The notes under the pieces are model-generated. The model saw only the letters and a program-made list of their open reading frames with translations, searched no databases and was not told the origin of the DNA. DNA of 64,000 nucleotides from an uncultured Candidatus Saccharibacteria bacterium. Its GTDB lineage: Bacteria > Patescibacteriota > Saccharimonadia > CAILAD01 > JADZBC01. Of this stretch, positions 54,918 through 64,000 are shown piece after piece (the first letter of the stretch is position 1; the number at the start of each line of letters is the position of its first letter). The position numbers were made by a program, and so were the translations under genes. Location of the stretch: positions 335,431 through 399,430 of the forward strand of contig CAZRJR010000001.1 in the NCBI GenBank assembly GCA_964600985.1, written 5' to 3'.

Positions 54918-55070
54918 CTCGACTCCTTTCGGGAGTGTAGAGGCCGCATTGGGCCGGGACTGGATTTGGGGTACTAACTGCTTCGAAGCGAACTTCGGAG
55001 CAGAATGGTATCTCAAAGTGTCTCGAGGCGAGGGGAAGAGCCGAAGCTCTTCCCCTCCTCCTCGGTTGCC

Positions 55071-55787
55071 TCAGGGGTTGGCCTGGGGCGTCGCCGCGGG
55101 CGGGGGCGGCGGGGGCGCAGGGTGCTGCTGGACGTGGACAGCGGGGATCTGCTCGGTGGCCGCGACGGGGTTGGCCTGCCGGACCACCGGATCGGGCTGC
55201 GGTTGGGCAGCGCCGTTGCCATCCCCAGCCGGCGGAGCCGGAGGGTCGTCCAGGCGCCGGATGTGGCTGGTGATCGCCAGGACGATGACGATGAGCACGA
55301 CGTCGGCCAGGATCGCCACGCCCAGGTTGCCGATGGTCAGCGCCACGTTCATCGAGCTCAGGTAGAACAGGGTGAGCCCGATGATGATCGCGACACACGC
55401 TCCGTCGATCGCCCAGGAGAACCAGCCGTTGTAGCCCTGGATGTACGTCCGGATACGACCAACCTCATCCTCGAGGTGAGCAGCACGGTCGTTCAGCTGA
55501 CCGATGTGACGAGCGGTGTTCCCGTTCATCTCCATCTGGAACTCGCCGAAAGCGTTGACCCCATCGGCCCAGCGGTCAGCAGCGTTGAGCCGCTGCTGGT
55601 GCTGACCGAGTCGGCGCTCGTGATCGTTGGCGACAGCGATGACATCGTTGGCGAGCCCAACGCGAGGATCTCGCCCATCATGGCCGTAGCGGCGGATGAG
55701 TTCAGCTTCGAACTCGACGTCCGGGTCGAACGGCATGAGCCCTGCCGGAGGGGCTGCAGGCGGTGCCTGCGGGGGTACGTCACTCAT
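55071..55787 (-). CDS. High-GC single-pass membrane protein with P/A-rich termini
   Basis: SD AAGGAG 6 nt before the ATG at 55787. One strong TM helix (IIIGLTLFYL...IVLAI). Confidence 0.5.
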   Translation of the reverse strand: MSDVPPQAPPAAPPAGLMPFDPDVEFEAELIRRYGHDGRDPRVGLANDVIAVANDHERRLGQHQQRLNAADRWADGVNAFGEFQMEMNGNTARHIGQLNDRAAHLEDEVGRIRTYIQGYNGWFSWAIDGACVAIIIGLTLFYLSSMNVALTIGNLGVAILADVVLIVIVLAITSHIRRLDDPPAPPAGDGNGAAQPQPDPVVRQANPVAATEQIPAVHVQQHPAPPPPPPAATPQANP

Positions 55788-56128
55788 TGCACTCTCCTTG
55801 CCCTGTAGGGCGGGTATGTGGCCCCAGACGGGGCGGTACACTACAGCGCTAGGAATCCCCTAGTTTGTCTGTAGCTCCACCTCGATGTCTGGGGTGGAAG
55901 CCTGCATACGATCAACCTGGGCGGCAGATGTCACGCATGCAGAGTTCCACCTCAGAAGCCACTGAGTAGAGCTACAAAACAAAAAAGCAGGCTTTGAGCC
56001 AGCTGGGGTGTAATTATAACTGATTACCGCCCGAACTAACTTTTACCCTCCTGCTTCAAAGATATGAATCTTTAAGTTGCAAGTTGTATTCGCAATGAAA
56101 CAACTACAACGTAGATACTACTATATAT

Positions 56129-56160
56129 TGAACAGTTTGTCAATAGTCTTATTAACGGTC
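56129..56160 (-). promoter_or_regulatory. Promoter module (rc TTGACA-17-TAGTAT) sharing the 16-mer TAAGACTATTGACAAA with the promoter at 1306-1321
   Basis: Read directly on the reverse complement. Confidence 0.4.
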
Positions 56161-56180
56161 TACTTAATTATGAAGATGAC

Positions 56181-56528
56181 TTAGTTCTCTGCCCTAAGGC
56201 GATCCACCTCGGCGAGTACGGCATCTTTATTGTTAACCAATTCATCTAGTGTATCCTGAGCAATCTTAGCCACCATTTGATCGTAATCGGGAATGTGTTG
56301 CTTTATAAGCTCTAGTGCCTGATCTGGTGTGCCGTTATCCACTAAATTATCGAGCTGACTATTGACTTCATCACTAAGCTTCTCGGTAACTGCCAGCGCT
56401 ACGCGGGCTTCTACTAGTTGATCGAGCTGTTGTGCCAACTCACTCTTTTGGTCGTCCGAGAGGTTTTGAAGTGATAATCGGGTAAACATGTCTGCTTGTT
56501 GTTGGCTTTGGGTTGATGCGCTGTCCAT
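56181..56528 (-). CDS. Hypothetical 115-aa acidic coiled-coil protein
   Basis: ORF 20 nt downstream of the large gene. No family recognised. Confidence 0.45.
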   Translation of the reverse strand: MDSASTQSQQQADMFTRLSLQNLSDDQKSELAQQLDQLVEARVALAVTEKLSDEVNSQLDNLVDNGTPDQALELIKQHIPDYDQMVAKIAQDTLDELVNNKDAVLAEVDRLRAEN

Positions 56529-56547
56529 TGGTTGGGCTCCTTTACTA

Positions 56548-59286
56548 CTAACTATTACTTACAATTATCTGGTTAAGGGTTGTGGGGTTCAGTGTTCCTG
56601 CACTATTCTGGAAGCCAATCATCTCGGCAGCTTTTTCTTGGTTAGCCTCAGGGAGTCCCTTGACTGCCTTAACCCAGTCTTTGGCAGCGCTGTTGTTAAA
56701 CATAGCATCAGCTCGTTGCTGAGCGCCTGCTCCCGACCTTAGTGCCTCCCAGTTAATTGGTCCCCTAGCTTTTTGCTGGTCCATTGCGCCCCTCAGGAAG
56801 GCTTCGTTGAGCTTAGTACCAGCTTCACCGCCCCTGCCCGTACCTCCAAATGGGTTCTTGAACGAATCAGCCCAGTGTATGAGCGCGGCTGAGTTTACAA
56901 GAAGTGCTCCTGTAGCGGCCAAGTACTTACTACGACGAGTCCAGGTCACATCAGACTTAAGTTGCTCAAGACTTCTACCCATCAATTTATCAACAACCGC
57001 ACCAGGAGAAACCTCGGCACCCCTCCTTAGGGCCGCACGCAATCCGTCGGGCTCTATAAGGATGTCTTGGTAGTTCTCTTTAATAAATCGCTCCACGTAC
57101 TCACGCTCTTCTTCAGGAGTAGCGGAAGCTCTTTCCGCTGCTAGGCGATTTGCTTCTATGACTGCACTTTCGCCCCGACGAGCTCGTAGATCCGAGAGTC
57201 CTTGGTTGGTTGCACTTGTATCCTTACGCTCTGAGCGTCTACCTGTAATGGTCCTACCCGCACCCTCAACACCCATATAGGTTCCAACGGTACCAATACC
57301 TCGCTTGAGCCCCAAGAGTCCGAGAGCTAGCGGAGGGGCAAATGCACCAGTTGCAGCGGCGCCGGCCGTAAGTGCAATACCAATTCCAGCCCTCATGGCG
57401 GGATGCTTAGTCCACCACTCACGGAACTTTCCGATAAATCTACCCCCTGGCTTGCTCTTCTTAATCTCTAATTGTGCTTGGTCTACTCTATAGCGTGCTG
57501 CTGCCATTTCCTGCACAATCAAGAGTGTGTTGTCTGTTTCCAGCTGCCCAATACCGGCTTCGGCATCACGGTATTGGCGCGCCAGGGCAACCATTTCAGG
57601 GCTGTTAGGATCTTCGCCGGCCGTAAGCCGGGTATGGTATTCCGTTTGCACCCTGGTCATATCTGCACGCGCTGCGTCAGTGCGAGACTTCACTGCTCGA
57701 GCTACTATTTCTACATGCTGGGCAAATACTTGCTTGAGGTTTTCTGTGGCTGCCTCTAACTCTGCTTGGTCATCACGGCCATCTCTATCCCTGTGAATGC
57801 GACTAAAGATTGATTCTCGGCGGTCTTTGGCACGAGCAAGTCGCTGAATGGCGTCCTCCAACCCTGCTGCAGATGTAGGAATGTCGGGCATTGGCTCGGG
57901 AGTTGACTCATCTTCACCTGGTGGCGGAGGTGGTGGTGGATTTTCGTTGCCACCTTCGCCCTCTTCGTCCTCTGGTGAACCAGGTGCGCCGCCCCCTCCT
58001 TCTCCGTCATCACCATCTCTACCGTCGCGCCCATCTCGGCCATCACGCCCGTCTCTACCATCTCTACCGTCACGACCATCCCTGCCATCATCGCCATCTT
58101 CGGCAGATCCAGGATTAGCTGGCCCTTCTACACGAACATTCTGATCTACATCAATATTTACATGCACATCTGGTCCGCTTCTTTCATCCTCAATGGTACC
58201 GCGAGGACCACCCGGAGGAATGGGATTATCTACATTGGTCGGAGCACCAATTCTCTCATTTGCTGCATTGGCATCTAGACCAAATACAAGGTGCTGATCT
58301 TTAGTTGCTTGCAAAACAACACCCGGAGGATTACCCAAAGTATTGCAGAGAATATAGTAATCAGCCTGTTTACCGCTCTTTGACGTATAGCTGACTATAG
58401 AGCCCTTGGGGTATTCACGACCGTTAACTACTACTGTTTCTGCACTATCGACCTGATCCGTCTCGGCTTGCACGGCAGGGTCTTGAACCATTGGTGAGCT
58501 TTCTACTACAGGATGCGCAACCATTGCTTCTTCTGGTGCCACCTCGACGCTCACCTGGGAATCTGGCTGCTCGGGCTGAGAACTAACTACATGAGGATCA
58601 ACTGGCTGACGAGTAGCCTCAGTTGCAGGTGGGACAGGATATAATTCCGCAGGCTGCGGTGCACTTACTTCTGTAGACTGCTGAGTTAGCGCCCCTGGTC
58701 CGCTATTACCGGTCCCCTGGGACACCTGTCCTGCGGTCGGCTCGGGTTCAGGCACACGGCTCCAGGCCGAACCGTCTTCGTCAAGCTGTGATGCCAGCTT
58801 ATCTAGCCTTCTGTCTATTTTCTCCTTACTATCTCCTTCGCCATACACAAGCTGGACGATCTTTTTACCTTGTCTGCCGTCAAGAATCCGCTGCACCTTA
58901 AAGTGGCGGCCGGTACTATGCTGAATAAGCTCTTGGCCCACTTGAACATCTCCAGGTAAACCCTCGGCAGTGACTGGCTCCACGTGGCCTACAGGGGCTG
59001 GTTCGCCAGTCGGGGCCACAGGTCCCTGCGGAGTAGCCGTACGAATAAATGGATCACTATCCGGGGGGGACGATTCAGACTGCTCTTTAGCGACACGATC
59101 AAGCCATTGGTCGGGACTTTCGCCAACTCGTGGTCTAGCAGCGGCAGCTTGCTCAGGCACAGGTCCGCTAGCTGGGGGGTCTTGGCTCAGGGGGCCGGCC
59201 TGTATTCCCTTTAGCTCGTCATCTACCTTATCCGTTAACAGCGGTGGTTCGCTGCCCCTACCTAATTCCGGCCTACTCATATGCAC
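56548..59286 (-). CDS. Large (912 aa) low-complexity envelope-associated protein with (GRD)n collagen-like repeats, a poly-Pro tract and central TM helices
   Basis: DGDDGRDGRDGRDGRDGRDGRDGRDGRDGDDG, PPPPPPP, hydrophobic GIGIALTAGAAATGAFAPPLALGLLGL. Confidence 0.65.
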   Translation of the reverse strand: MHMSRPELGRGSEPPLLTDKVDDELKGIQAGPLSQDPPASGPVPEQAAAARPRVGESPDQWLDRVAKEQSESSPPDSDPFIRTATPQGPVAPTGEPAPVGHVEPVTAEGLPGDVQVGQELIQHSTGRHFKVQRILDGRQGKKIVQLVYGEGDSKEKIDRRLDKLASQLDEDGSAWSRVPEPEPTAGQVSQGTGNSGPGALTQQSTEVSAPQPAELYPVPPATEATRQPVDPHVVSSQPEQPDSQVSVEVAPEEAMVAHPVVESSPMVQDPAVQAETDQVDSAETVVVNGREYPKGSIVSYTSKSGKQADYYILCNTLGNPPGVVLQATKDQHLVFGLDANAANERIGAPTNVDNPIPPGGPRGTIEDERSGPDVHVNIDVDQNVRVEGPANPGSAEDGDDGRDGRDGRDGRDGRDGRDGRDGRDGDDGEGGGGAPGSPEDEEGEGGNENPPPPPPPGEDESTPEPMPDIPTSAAGLEDAIQRLARAKDRRESIFSRIHRDRDGRDDQAELEAATENLKQVFAQHVEIVARAVKSRTDAARADMTRVQTEYHTRLTAGEDPNSPEMVALARQYRDAEAGIGQLETDNTLLIVQEMAAARYRVDQAQLEIKKSKPGGRFIGKFREWWTKHPAMRAGIGIALTAGAAATGAFAPPLALGLLGLKRGIGTVGTYMGVEGAGRTITGRRSERKDTSATNQGLSDLRARRGESAVIEANRLAAERASATPEEEREYVERFIKENYQDILIEPDGLRAALRRGAEVSPGAVVDKLMGRSLEQLKSDVTWTRRSKYLAATGALLVNSAALIHWADSFKNPFGGTGRGGEAGTKLNEAFLRGAMDQQKARGPINWEALRSGAGAQQRADAMFNNSAAKDWVKAVKGLPEANQEKAAEMIGFQNSAGTLNPTTLNQIIVSNS
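58010..58100. repeat. About ten tandem 9-nt repeats (encoding GRD triplets) inside the 912-aa gene; a C7 tract lies at 59062-59068
   Basis: Periodic atctctaccgtc / gcgcccatc / tcggccatc ... units read directly. Confidence 0.7.
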
Positions 59287-59370
59287 GTTAGTTTCCCTTT
59301 ACTACTTATGTTTAAGTATAGAGGGAATTTTTGGCCTTTGTCAAACAGCTTATGCTTGAGTGTATAAGAA

Positions 59371-61956
59371 CTAACGACGGTTCTTTTTGGCGGCCCTTGC
59401 GGCAGCTCGGCGTGCCGAACGATTACCGCCCTCGGCCCTGTTACCGGCTTTATTACTACTGGCACCTGAGCCAGATTCCAGCATGGTAGTACCCTGGTGG
59501 GCATTAATAGCCCCAGTGGTTATAGCAGTTTCCGGCAGCGACTCTACTGGTTCACGCTCTAGTGAAACCTTAAATATTGTAGTTGCTACTTCGCTATCGA
59601 CACCGCGCTGTAGTTGTTTGAATATACGAAATGCTTCGGATTTGTATTCTACCAAGGGGTCTTTTTGTGCATAGCCGCGCAAACCGATGCCATCGCGCAG
59701 ATGCTCCATGGTCTCTAAGTGATTCAGCCAAGCTGTGTCTATAATCTGCAAGCTCACCAAGCGCTCCAGGGTACGCATACTCTCGGCGCCAAATTCCTTT
59801 TCGCGCTTTGCGTAGAGCTGCTCCGCGTAGCCCATAAGATTCTCTACGATGTCCTGTGGTAGCCTGGACTCAAGCGTCGTAGCCCAATCCTTGGGGAGCG
59901 GTAGTATGTGCTCGGCACTCGTAGCGACTTCGGCAAGGTCGATCTCACCGGTTTTGGTGTCAGTATTGCTATCCACAATCACACTGAACTCGCCCTTGAT
60001 CATATCGAGAATCTCTTGCTTTTGATCAAGCTTATTGAGCACTCGACGACGGCGAGCATACATAATTTCGCGGTGCGAGTTCATAACATCGTCGTACTCT
60101 ACTAAGTGCTTGCGGATGTCAAAATTATGGCCCTCGACCTTCTTTTGAGCCGATTCGAGTGATCGTGAAATCATGTTGTTTTCAATCGGGGTATCATCGG
60201 GTAAGCGCAGGGTGTTCATTACACTAGCAATGCGCTCGGAACCAAAGATGCGCATTAAGTCATCGTCTAAGCTCACAAAGAACTGACTCGATCCTGGATC
60301 ACCCTGACGACCAGCACGACCTCGCAGCTGATTATCAATTCGGCGCGACTCGTGGCGCTCGGTACCGAGTACATGCAAACCACCCAGCTTAGCCACACCT
60401 TCTCCAAGCATAATGTCGGTACCACGGCCAGCTATGTTGGTGGCTAGGGTAACTGCACCGCGCTGGCCGGCTCGAGCAATTACGCCGGCCTCGGCTTCGT
60501 TATTCTTGGCATTGAGCACTTCGTGCGGAATCTTGGCTTTGCTGAGCATAGTGCTTAGCCGCTCGTTCTTTTCAATGCTTACCGTACCCAGGAGAACTGG
60601 TTGACCCTTGGCGTGGCGCTCGGCTACATCTGCTACAACGGCGTCAAACTTAGCTTGCTCGGTCTTGTAAATTCTATCCGGCGCATCTTTACGAATCATG
60701 GGCCGGTGAGTCGGGATTGTAGTTACTTCGAGCTTATATATCTTAGAAAACTCCTCGGCCTCAGTAGCTGCCGTACCGGTCATACCGGCCAGCTTGGCAT
60801 AGAGTCGGAACAAGTTCTGGAAGGTAACAGTGGCCAAGGTTTGAGATTCCTGCTGGATTTCGAGACCTTCTTTGGCCTCCACCGACTGATGCAAGCCCTC
60901 ACTCCAACGACGGCCCGGCATGAGTCGACCAGTAAACTCATCCACAATCACGATTTCACCTTCTGATGTAACCACGTAGTCTCGATCACGCTTAAATAAC
61001 GCCACGGCCTTCAGGCTCTGCTCGATAAGGTGAACGTCTTCGATCCGGCCGGCCTCATATATATTCTCTACCCCCAGAGCTTTCTCGATTGCAGCTATGC
61101 CTTCATCGGTAAGGCTAGCCGTCTTTTGTTTCTCATCAAGTGTATAGTGTTCGCCCTCTTTGAGGCTTTTGGCGATTTTAGCAAAAGTGTAGTAGCGCTC
61201 AGTCGACTTGGCGGCTGGCGCGGAAATGATAAGCGGCGTGCGAGCCTCGTCGATCAATATAGAGTCTACTTCGTCCACAATTGCAAAATTAAGTTCGCGC
61301 TGTACCATTTGGCCTAAGTCTTGCACCATGTTGTCACGCAAGTAGTCAAAACCAAACTCATTATTAGTACCATAGGTAATGTCGGCTCGGTAAGCCTCCT
61401 GGCGGTTGACCGGTCGCAGGTGAGCCAAACGACTGTCATCATGACTCATATCATTGTGTTCGGGATCGTAGAGCAGAGCCTTGTCGTGAATGATCACGCC
61501 AGTTGAAAGGCCGAGAAAATGGTAGACCTTGCCCATCCAGCCAGCGTGCAGCTGAGCTAGGTAGTCGTTTACGGTTATTACATGCGCGCCCTTACCCGAG
61601 AGGGCATTGAGGTAGGCGGGAGCAGTTGCTACTAAAGTCTTACCCTCGCCGGTACGCATCTCCGCAATCTTACCCTCATGCAGTACCACGCCGCCCATAA
61701 GCTGGACGTCGAAGTGACGCATACCAAGCACCCTGCTCGACGCCTCACGAACCACCGCAAAAGCTTCAGGCAAAATATCATCGAGTGACTTACCAGCATC
61801 GAGCTGAGCCTTGAATCCCGCTGTTTTAGCCTGCAGGTCCTTATCGGACAACTTAGCGGTTGCCTCGGTGTGCTTATTAATTCGCTCCACGACCGAGCGT
61901 ACGCGACTAACTTCGCGTGCATTAGGATCCCCAAAGATTTTCTTTAAAATTGGCAC
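59371..61956 (-). CDS. secA: Preprotein translocase ATPase SecA
   Basis: [13 protein letters not shown]-terminus, Walker [17 protein letters not shown]-like motifs, 861 aa. Confidence 0.95.
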   Translation of the reverse strand: MPILKKIFGDPNAREVSRVRSVVERINKHTEATAKLSDKDLQAKTAGFKAQLDAGKSLDDILPEAFAVVREASSRVLGMRHFDVQLMGGVVLHEGKIAEMRTGEGKTLVATAPAYLNALSGKGAHVITVNDYLAQLHAGWMGKVYHFLGLSTGVIIHDKALLYDPEHNDMSHDDSRLAHLRPVNRQEAYRADITYGTNNEFGFDYLRDNMVQDLGQMVQRELNFAIVDEVDSILIDEARTPLIISAPAAKSTERYYTFAKIAKSLKEGEHYTLDEKQKTASLTDEGIAAIEKALGVENIYEAGRIEDVHLIEQSLKAVALFKRDRDYVVTSEGEIVIVDEFTGRLMPGRRWSEGLHQSVEAKEGLEIQQESQTLATVTFQNLFRLYAKLAGMTGTAATEAEEFSKIYKLEVTTIPTHRPMIRKDAPDRIYKTEQAKFDAVVADVAERHAKGQPVLLGTVSIEKNERLSTMLSKAKIPHEVLNAKNNEAEAGVIARAGQRGAVTLATNIAGRGTDIMLGEGVAKLGGLHVLGTERHESRRIDNQLRGRAGRQGDPGSSQFFVSLDDDLMRIFGSERIASVMNTLRLPDDTPIENNMISRSLESAQKKVEGHNFDIRKHLVEYDDVMNSHREIMYARRRRVLNKLDQKQEILDMIKGEFSVIVDSNTDTKTGEIDLAEVATSAEHILPLPKDWATTLESRLPQDIVENLMGYAEQLYAKREKEFGAESMRTLERLVSLQIIDTAWLNHLETMEHLRDGIGLRGYAQKDPLVEYKSEAFRIFKQLQRGVDSEVATTIFKVSLEREPVESLPETAITTGAINAHQGTTMLESGSGASSNKAGNRAEGGNRSARRAAARAAKKNRR

Positions 61957-62001
61957 TAAACTAGCCCCTTTACTACCTTACGATTATACATGGTGTACGC
62001 C

Positions 62002-62415
62002 TTAATCGAGCTCGCGCTCTCGTCCAGAAGACCTACTTGTGTCCTTGGCCAGTTTGCGGTCTTCGCGACTTGCCCGGTTAAAGAGCTCTTTAATGCGAAA
62101 GCGACGTGTGGCATGCTTTTCTTTGTACTTCCTGATTTGGAGTTTGAGCTTTTCGCGCACGATGTCGACTGCCGCGTGCGGATTCATAGTAGCAGTATCG
62201 GCGACGATTTCGTGATCTGGCAAGTGGAGTTTGGCCGACACTTTGTAACGATTGTCCTCCTTGCCCGAAGGATCGCGGAATATCTCGACATGCATACTTT
62301 GCGCCTTGTGCTTACGTGGTAAATACTTATCGAGCCCACCGAGACGCTTGCGCGTATAGCGCGTTAACTCCTCATCGATCTCATACTTGCGGCCAGTAAT
62401 ATGTACTTTGATCAT
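62002..62415 (-). CDS. hpf: Ribosome hibernation-promoting factor (RaiA/HPF family)
   Basis: MIKVHITGRKYEIDEELTRYTRKRLGGLDKY matches the HPF N-terminus. ATGA overlap with the serS stop. Confidence 0.8.
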   Translation of the reverse strand: MIKVHITGRKYEIDEELTRYTRKRLGGLDKYLPRKHKAQSMHVEIFRDPSGKEDNRYKVSAKLHLPDHEIVADTATMNPHAAVDIVREKLKLQIRKYKEKHATRRFRIKELFNRASREDRKLAKDTSRSSGRERELD

Positions 62416-63695
62416 AGTGTTTCTCCTCCATAATAGTTCACCAAAGCCTTTGGAATTCGAATTCCACCATCTGCCTGCTGGTGGTTTTCTATAAGGGCCT
62501 TTAGAATTCTGCCGAGTGCAAAGGCTGTGGCATCGTTGGTATGAACGTATTCGCTTCCAGCTGCGGTCTTGACCTTGGTACTCAGGCTCCGGGCCTGGTA
62601 ATCCGTCATATAGTCAGCCGTGTGTGTCTCTCGGTACTCACCCTGCGCTGGCATCCAAGTGTTAATATCCATGCCCTGCGCATTTGGCTTTCCAATGTCT
62701 GCCGTGCACTTTTGCAAGAGCTGGTAAGGTAGTTCGAGCTGTTGTACTAAGTGCTCCTGAAGGGCCACTAGTAGCCTGTGTTCGTCTAAGCCAGTTTCTG
62801 GGGTCGAGAATACTTCCATTTCTAGCTTGTCAAACTGATGCATTCTGAAGATGCCCTCGGTATCTTTCCCGTAGCTGCCAGCCTCACGACGAAAACTGGT
62901 AGAATACCCAACCATACGCAATGGCAACTGTGCTTCTTCGAACGTTTCACCCATGTACATGGTGCACAGGCTGTGTTCAGCACTGGCGTTAAGCCATAGC
63001 TCGTCATCTGCCAGCTTATAGGTGACATCCTGCGCGTCTAATCGGCCAGAGGCCTGATAGGGCTCAGTCCGCACGAGGGCAGGCGGCAGTACGGGTATAA
63101 ATGGCGTAGGCTTAAGTGAGAGACCGTTTTCGGCTATAAGGCGGGCTATGAGCTCCGTATCGGCAAGTATATCGAAGGTCATTTGGATAATCGCAAATTG
63201 CAAACGCACAATCTCACCCTTAAGGTACGCGAAGCGAGCACCCGCTACTTTGGCAGCGCGGTCTTTATCAATCAGATTACGCTCTACACCAAGCTCGGCA
63301 TCGCTCTTTGGCTGGAAGCTAAGTTGCGGTACTGTGCCGATCGTTTTAACCACTACATTGTCGTCCTCCGATGCACCAATGGGAACACTAGGGAGCGCCA
63401 TATTGGGCACAGTACGGAGTTGCTGAGTCAGTTCTGCCTCTACCTTGGCAAGCTGCTGTTCGATCTCTGCAAGGCGCTCTCTTAACTCTTTCCCTGCTGT
63501 GATTTCCTCTGACGAAGGAGTACCACCCTTGGAGAGTTCGTTTCTTTTCGCGCGAAGGTCTTCACTTTGAGCGATCAGCTTACGCCGCTCATTATCAAGC
63601 TCAAGGATACGTGCTACGTCTACAGTATAGCCTTTGTTCTCAGCGTTTTGAGCCACTGCTTCCGGGTGCTCACGAATGTATTTGATATCTAACAT
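62412..63695 (-). CDS. serS: Serine--tRNA ligase
   Basis: N-terminal coiled-coil MLDIKYIREHPE, class II motifs (FRREAGS..., GLDEHRL). Confidence 0.95.
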   Translation of the reverse strand: MLDIKYIREHPEAVAQNAENKGYTVDVARILELDNERRKLIAQSEDLRAKRNELSKGGTPSSEEITAGKELRERLAEIEQQLAKVEAELTQQLRTVPNMALPSVPIGASEDDNVVVKTIGTVPQLSFQPKSDAELGVERNLIDKDRAAKVAGARFAYLKGEIVRLQFAIIQMTFDILADTELIARLIAENGLSLKPTPFIPVLPPALVRTEPYQASGRLDAQDVTYKLADDELWLNASAEHSLCTMYMGETFEEAQLPLRMVGYSTSFRREAGSYGKDTEGIFRMHQFDKLEMEVFSTPETGLDEHRLLVALQEHLVQQLELPYQLLQKCTADIGKPNAQGMDINTWMPAQGEYRETHTADYMTDYQARSLSTKVKTAAGSEYVHTNDATAFALGRILKALIENHQQADGGIRIPKALVNYYGGETL

Positions 63696-63747
63696 ATACC
63701 CTCATTATACGCCATTAACTTCGAGAAGACGAGGCGCTAGAAGCAGG

Positions 63748-64000
63748 CTAATCCCGAGGCTTCATAGTTGGGAAGTAGATAATATCGCGAATACTATCTT
63801 GGTTAAGTAGGGTCATGGCCAAACGATCAAGCCCAATACCAATGCCCCCAGCCGGCGGCATACCTAACTCCATGGCAGCCAAGAACTCTTCGTCTACTTG
63901 CCCCCAGATCTCTTCGGCACCTTTGTCGGCCAATGCTACCTGATCCTCTAGTAGTTTACGTTGCAAAACAGGGTCATTAAGCTCTGAGTAGGCATTAGCC
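63748..64000 (-). CDS. lysS: Lysine--tRNA ligase, C-terminal part (gene continues beyond the window end)
   Basis: Class IIb motif 3 [19 protein letters not shown] and the ending IYFPTMKP. Confidence 0.75.
   Translation of the reverse strand, partial: ANAYSELNDPVLQRKLLEDQVALADKGAEEIWGQVDEEFLAAMELGMPPAGGIGIGLDRLAMTLLNQDSIRDIIYFPTMKPRD

Noticed and set aside
53759-55398. Many long ORFs on both strands (53759..54268+, 53862..54815+, 54040..54330+, 54508..55365+, 54368..54892-, 54748..55398-, 54019..54366-)
   Set aside because: GC-rich sequence (~65%) leaves all six frames open. Only the minus-strand frames with AAGGAG 6 nt before ATG, signal peptide/TM features and consistent GC3 bias (53805..54917, 55071..55787) are taken as real. 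The rest are shadow ORFs.
1-64000. CRISPR arrays, transposases, integrases/recombinases
   Set aside because: No regularly spaced direct repeats with unique spacers. No protein with DDE, tyrosine-recombinase (R..HxxR..Y) or serine-recombinase motifs was recognised. The high-GC islands are therefore not classical IS or prophage insertions.
1-64000. Possibility that the high-GC islands are assembly chimeras from a co-assembled actinobacterial host
   Set aside because: Each island gene is immediately preceded by AT-rich promoters and SDs of the same type as the native genes, and the islands are short (one to three genes) with native genes on both sides. This favours true integration. It still needs read-level confirmation, so the concern is kept as a caveat in the findings.

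Overview
This is a dense, mostly minus-strand 64-kb window at about 48-50% GC, with many 4-nt ATGA-overlapping (translationally coupled) genes. The content looks like an ultra-small Gram-positive-type genome, probably Saccharibacteria/Patescibacteria-like. That call is inference from a type IV pilin, a sortase with an LPXTG substrate, a DUF3048 protein, a PcsB-like CHAP hydrolase next to FtsEX, clustered aminoacyl-tRNA synthetases and little biosynthesis. Housekeeping genes recognised by motif are trpS, gltX, serS, lysS (partial), secA, nrdA/nrdB, mreB, murA, pyrG, prfB, ftsE/ftsX, rpmA, xseA/xseB, hpf and a CtpA-like S41 peptidase. There are two tRNAs: tRNA-Glu(CTC) and tRNA-Leu(CAA).

The three things most worth a second look:
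1. A five-gene Type I R-M operon (hsdM-hsdS-orf420-orf242-hsdR, all coupled by ATGA/TAATG overlaps). The two inserted genes are lower-GC (~42%) and have unknown function. orf420 carries a C-terminal PD-(D/E)xK-like nuclease motif and orf242 an R-x4-H dyad. This is a candidate undescribed defence or abortive-infection module.
2. Several high-GC (~58-62%, GC3-rich, Actinobacteria-like) gene islands sit in the ~48% GC background. Each has a near-consensus lineage-type promoter (TTGACA-17-TAYWAT, often with the extended -10 CTTATGCTAYAAT) and an AAGGAG-type RBS. They include an orphan purD, an ICMT-family methyltransferase, a lipoprotein and several small membrane proteins. This suggests repeated acquisition of host-like genes as promoter-equipped cassettes.
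3. Repetitive or structured non-coding features are present. There is a conserved ~65-nt element (E1/E2) upstream of two small high-GC cassettes. Both tRNAs carry a 13-19-nt direct copy of their 3-prime end ~147 nt downstream. A ~1-kb non-coding stretch has perfect long hairpins. A GIY-YIG gene is flanked by palindromic repeats.

No CRISPR array, transposase or integrase was recognised. Everything is read from the sequence and ORF track only; no searches were run.
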